Shown here: positions 61,955-64,000 of the stretch, piece by piece
Layout: each line of letters starts with the position of its first letter
Numbering within the stretch: the first letter of the stretch is position 1
IMG/VR virus record: IMGVR_UViG_2937877337_000001
Coordinates: 9,026 to 73,025 of that record
Strand: one strand, 5' to 3'
DNA from: a virus
Length of the DNA: 64,000 bases
Position numbers and translations under genes: made by a program
Notes under the pieces: generated by a model
Database searches by the model: none
What the model was told of the DNA's origin: nothing
What the model saw: only the letters and a program-made list of their open reading frames with translations

Positions 61955-64000
61955 TCAATCCTCCTCAACGGGTGCCGGGACCTCATCCGGTAGGATTTGC
62001 GGTCCAACCCGGTCGGCAACGAGCATCGAAAGCATCATCTCGACAAGGCCGTTGGCGGCCCCCTTCTCGCCACCGGTAGCGCCGATCTGGATCTGCGGCA
62101 CGAGCGGTAGCCTGCCATTTTCGATCGCCTCGGCGAAGCGCATGAGAACCTGCGAGTTGAGCTGATAGTCCGGGCCGCCGAAGGCCGCGACCTTCTTCTC
62201 GGTGGCTTCGGCCTCCGCCAGACCGATGGCACGAACCCTCTCGGCATCCGCAAAACCGGTCGCCTTGATGCGTTCGGCATCGGCAAGCGCGATAGCCTTG
62301 ATCATGTCGGCCTCGCCCTGGCCGCCGAGGCGCACCTTCTCGGCCTCTGCCTTGGCCGTGACCTGAATGGTTTCCGCCTGCTGGCGGGTGCGGGCGAGTT
62401 GCGCCTTGCCCTCGTTCTCGCTGATCTCGATGGTAAGCGCCGAAGTCGTGATCTTGGCTTGCTGTTCGGCGAGCGCCTCCTTCTCACGCAACGTGCGTTC
62501 CTGGATGGCCGCCTTCTCCTGCAATTTATAAGTCTCGACCTTTTCGACCGCAATCTGGCGCTCGCGTAGCTGGATAAGGATCTGCTCTATGCTGTTCTGG
62601 CCATTGCCGGCACGTGGCGTACCAATCAACACTTCCTGCAGCTCGAGGCTGTAGGAATTGAATTTCTCGCGCATCTCCTCGCCCGATTTACGCTGGATAT
62701 CGCTACGCTCCTGCAAAAGCTGGATCAGCGTCTTGGTCTGGGCGATATTCTTGAAATAAGCAGAAACCATCGGATCGAGCGTTTGTTCGACAAGCCGCTT
62801 GATGTCGCCGAAACGCTGCACCACGAGTGGCGCCTTCATATAGTCGATGTGCACGACGACGGACAGCGGCAGCACAGGCTCGAACGCATCCTTGGTGATC
62901 AACGACACTTCAGACAGGTTCTCGTCCAGCCTGTGTTCGCCAAACTGCTCCTTCGTCCATTTGAGCACGAAGTTGGTGGTCGGCACGGTGATGATATTGC
63001 CGGCATAGGTATTGAACGCATACTTGCCTGGCAGCAGCGGCGTCGACCAGACACCGCGTGCGCCGATTTCGACCAGCTCGCCGTGACGGTATGCCTGCCC
63101 GGAAATATCCGTGCCGTGGCGGCCGTTATAGGAGACGACGACACCCACCGTGCCGACGTCAATGATCGTCTTCTCGACCAGTTCGACAGTCGCGAAAATG
63201 CGATTGAGGAAGTAGCTGCCGTCGGCCAGCACCTGCAACTGGCGGCCACGGTAACCACCGGCATCGAGAAACTTCTCCGGGTCCTGGAAATTGTTGTGGA
63301 AGTTCGGGTCGTTCGGATCGTTGGCGACGGTCGGTGCGATGATCTCGCCGTCCGGCAAGGCCGGACCGTCATGGATGGTGACGATACCGATCATGTCCTC
63401 GGCATTGTGGATGACGACTGGCTCAAAGCCGCCCCGCTCCGAGATCATGCTGGACATATTGGTAAAAAGGTTTTGTTCCGACGAGCTCAGATTAACGGAA
63501 TGGATTGACTGGGCGGTGAGCACGATGAACTGTGCGAGATTGATGGCATAGGTGCCTTCACGCAAGATCTTGCGTTGGGGTCCCTTCTGTCCACCTTTTT
63601 CGAGAAAGCCGCGCACATCCTGGAAATCATCGGCATCGGTGTTGGAAGCAAGTGTCTGCGTCGGAGGCAGCGGCTTGCCATCACGGGCAAAGACATAGCC
63701 GATCTGACCCTGCGGGATGGTGACAAGATTGGCGCGATGCATCGAATATTGGAACGGCATGAAGAAATGCAGGCCGCCGCGCACGACTTCCGGCTGATAG
63801 CCTGCCTCACGGTTGAGCGCGATGAAGCCATTGCTGACCGAGCCGCGAAAACTCCATAGTTTTTCCAAGATGCCGAGCCTGTCGTTCGGGATGTAGCGGA
63901 CCACGCCGCTCCACCAGAACAGGATCGCCAGCACGATGACGAGCACGGCCACCTCGATAGCCACCCATTCCATCGGGCCGAGATATTGTAGGGCTTCCAT
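61955..64000 (-). CDS. flotillin / SPFH (band-7) family membrane protein (YqiK/FloT-like)
   Basis: 681 aa. N-terminal TM. SPFH-like domain, then long Glu/Ala/Lys coiled-coil. Start ATG is the last three bases of the window. Confidence 0.7.
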   Translation of the reverse strand: MEALQYLGPMEWVAIEVAVLVIVLAILFWWSGVVRYIPNDRLGILEKLWSFRGSVSNGFIALNREAGYQPEVVRGGLHFFMPFQYSMHRANLVTIPQGQIGYVFARDGKPLPPTQTLASNTDADDFQDVRGFLEKGGQKGPQRKILREGTYAINLAQFIVLTAQSIHSVNLSSSEQNLFTNMSSMISERGGFEPVVIHNAEDMIGIVTIHDGPALPDGEIIAPTVANDPNDPNFHNNFQDPEKFLDAGGYRGRQLQVLADGSYFLNRIFATVELVEKTIIDVGTVGVVVSYNGRHGTDISGQAYRHGELVEIGARGVWSTPLLPGKYAFNTYAGNIITVPTTNFVLKWTKEQFGEHRLDENLSEVSLITKDAFEPVLPLSVVVHIDYMKAPLVVQRFGDIKRLVEQTLDPMVSAYFKNIAQTKTLIQLLQERSDIQRKSGEEMREKFNSYSLELQEVLIGTPRAGNGQNSIEQILIQLRERQIAVEKVETYKLQEKAAIQERTLREKEALAEQQAKITTSALTIEISENEGKAQLARTRQQAETIQVTAKAEAEKVRLGGQGEADMIKAIALADAERIKATGFADAERVRAIGLAEAEATEKKVAAFGGPDYQLNSQVLMRFAEAIENGRLPLVPQIQIGATGGEKGAANGLVEMMLSMLVADRVGPQILPDEVPAPVEED

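Noticed and set aside
1-64000. Integrase, tRNA attachment site, toxin-antitoxin, retron or other named defence system
   Set aside because: No tyrosine or serine recombinase motifs, no tRNA-like sequence and no reverse-transcriptase motifs were seen in any frame. Absence within this window only.

Overview
The window is a high-GC (about 60%) temperate siphovirus or prophage genome of the kind found in alpha-proteobacteria (Rhizobiales-like). It is almost entirely phage DNA. Layout, left to right:
(1) 1-4719 (minus strand): a DNA replication module. It holds the T7-like family A DNA polymerase 3'-5' exonuclease domain (gene runs off the left edge), a DUF2815-type phage SSB, a DUF2800 Cas4-like nuclease and small unknown genes.
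(2) 4740-4885: a divergent control region packed with a recurring dyad motif.
(3) 4883-7775 (plus strand): a small HTH protein and a prim-pol/PriCT/VirE-type primase-NTPase.
(4) 7823-8914: about 1.1 kb of non-coding DNA with iteron-like repeats and a 17-bp tandem array. I propose it is the replication origin.
(5) 9050-30330 (plus strand): a long early or accessory operon of about 50 mostly small, translationally coupled genes. Recognisable ones are a HerA/FtsK-like ATPase with a C-terminal TM helix, an HslV-like Ntn-hydrolase, an NT5C-like 5'-deoxyribonucleotidase, a MazG-like pyrophosphohydrolase, a P-loop plus nucleotide-pyrophosphohydrolase fusion, a GapR/DUF2312-like nucleoid protein and a DPPY beta-class DNA methyltransferase. 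Three antisense morons sit inside it.
(6) 30408-33725 (minus strand): an HTH-metallophosphoesterase fusion, then a lysis cassette of Cys-rich small protein, pinholin, SAR GH24 endolysin and overlapped i-/o-spanins.
(7) 33861-34991 (plus strand): an acyltransferase-3 (O-antigen acetylase-type) lysogenic-conversion gene.
(8) 34916-60608 (minus strand): the complete late operon. Packaging, head and proximal tail are lambda-like: TerS, GpA-type TerL, gpW, portal, S49 protease/scaffold, gpD-like decoration, gpE-like capsid, FI/FII/Z/U-position genes, major tail, G/T chaperone pair with a -1 frame relation, and a tape measure with an SLT-like domain. The distal tail is GTA-like (DUF2460-like, DUF2163/BR0599-like) with extra FN3-containing proteins, a J-like protein and a beta-helix tail fibre.
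(9) 60765-64000: an AlpA-like regulator, a low-GC moron and a flotillin (SPFH) gene that ends at the window edge.
No integrase, tRNA or CRISPR array is present in the window.
The two strongest unexplained signals:
- A 15-bp dyad motif TCACGT-N3-ACGTGA (with a variant TTCAC-TTTAACGGGAGA-TTCAC that doubles as the ribosome-binding site) recurs at about 20 or more intergenic sites directly upstream of start codons, in both early and late operons.
- A short acidic peptide [ND]-D-[LF]-S-D-L-L-[GN] / DDLDDLL is shared by the primase (twice), portal, small terminase, SSB, DUF2800 nuclease and several small early proteins.
All protein-family calls rest on motif recognition by eye and were not checked against any database.
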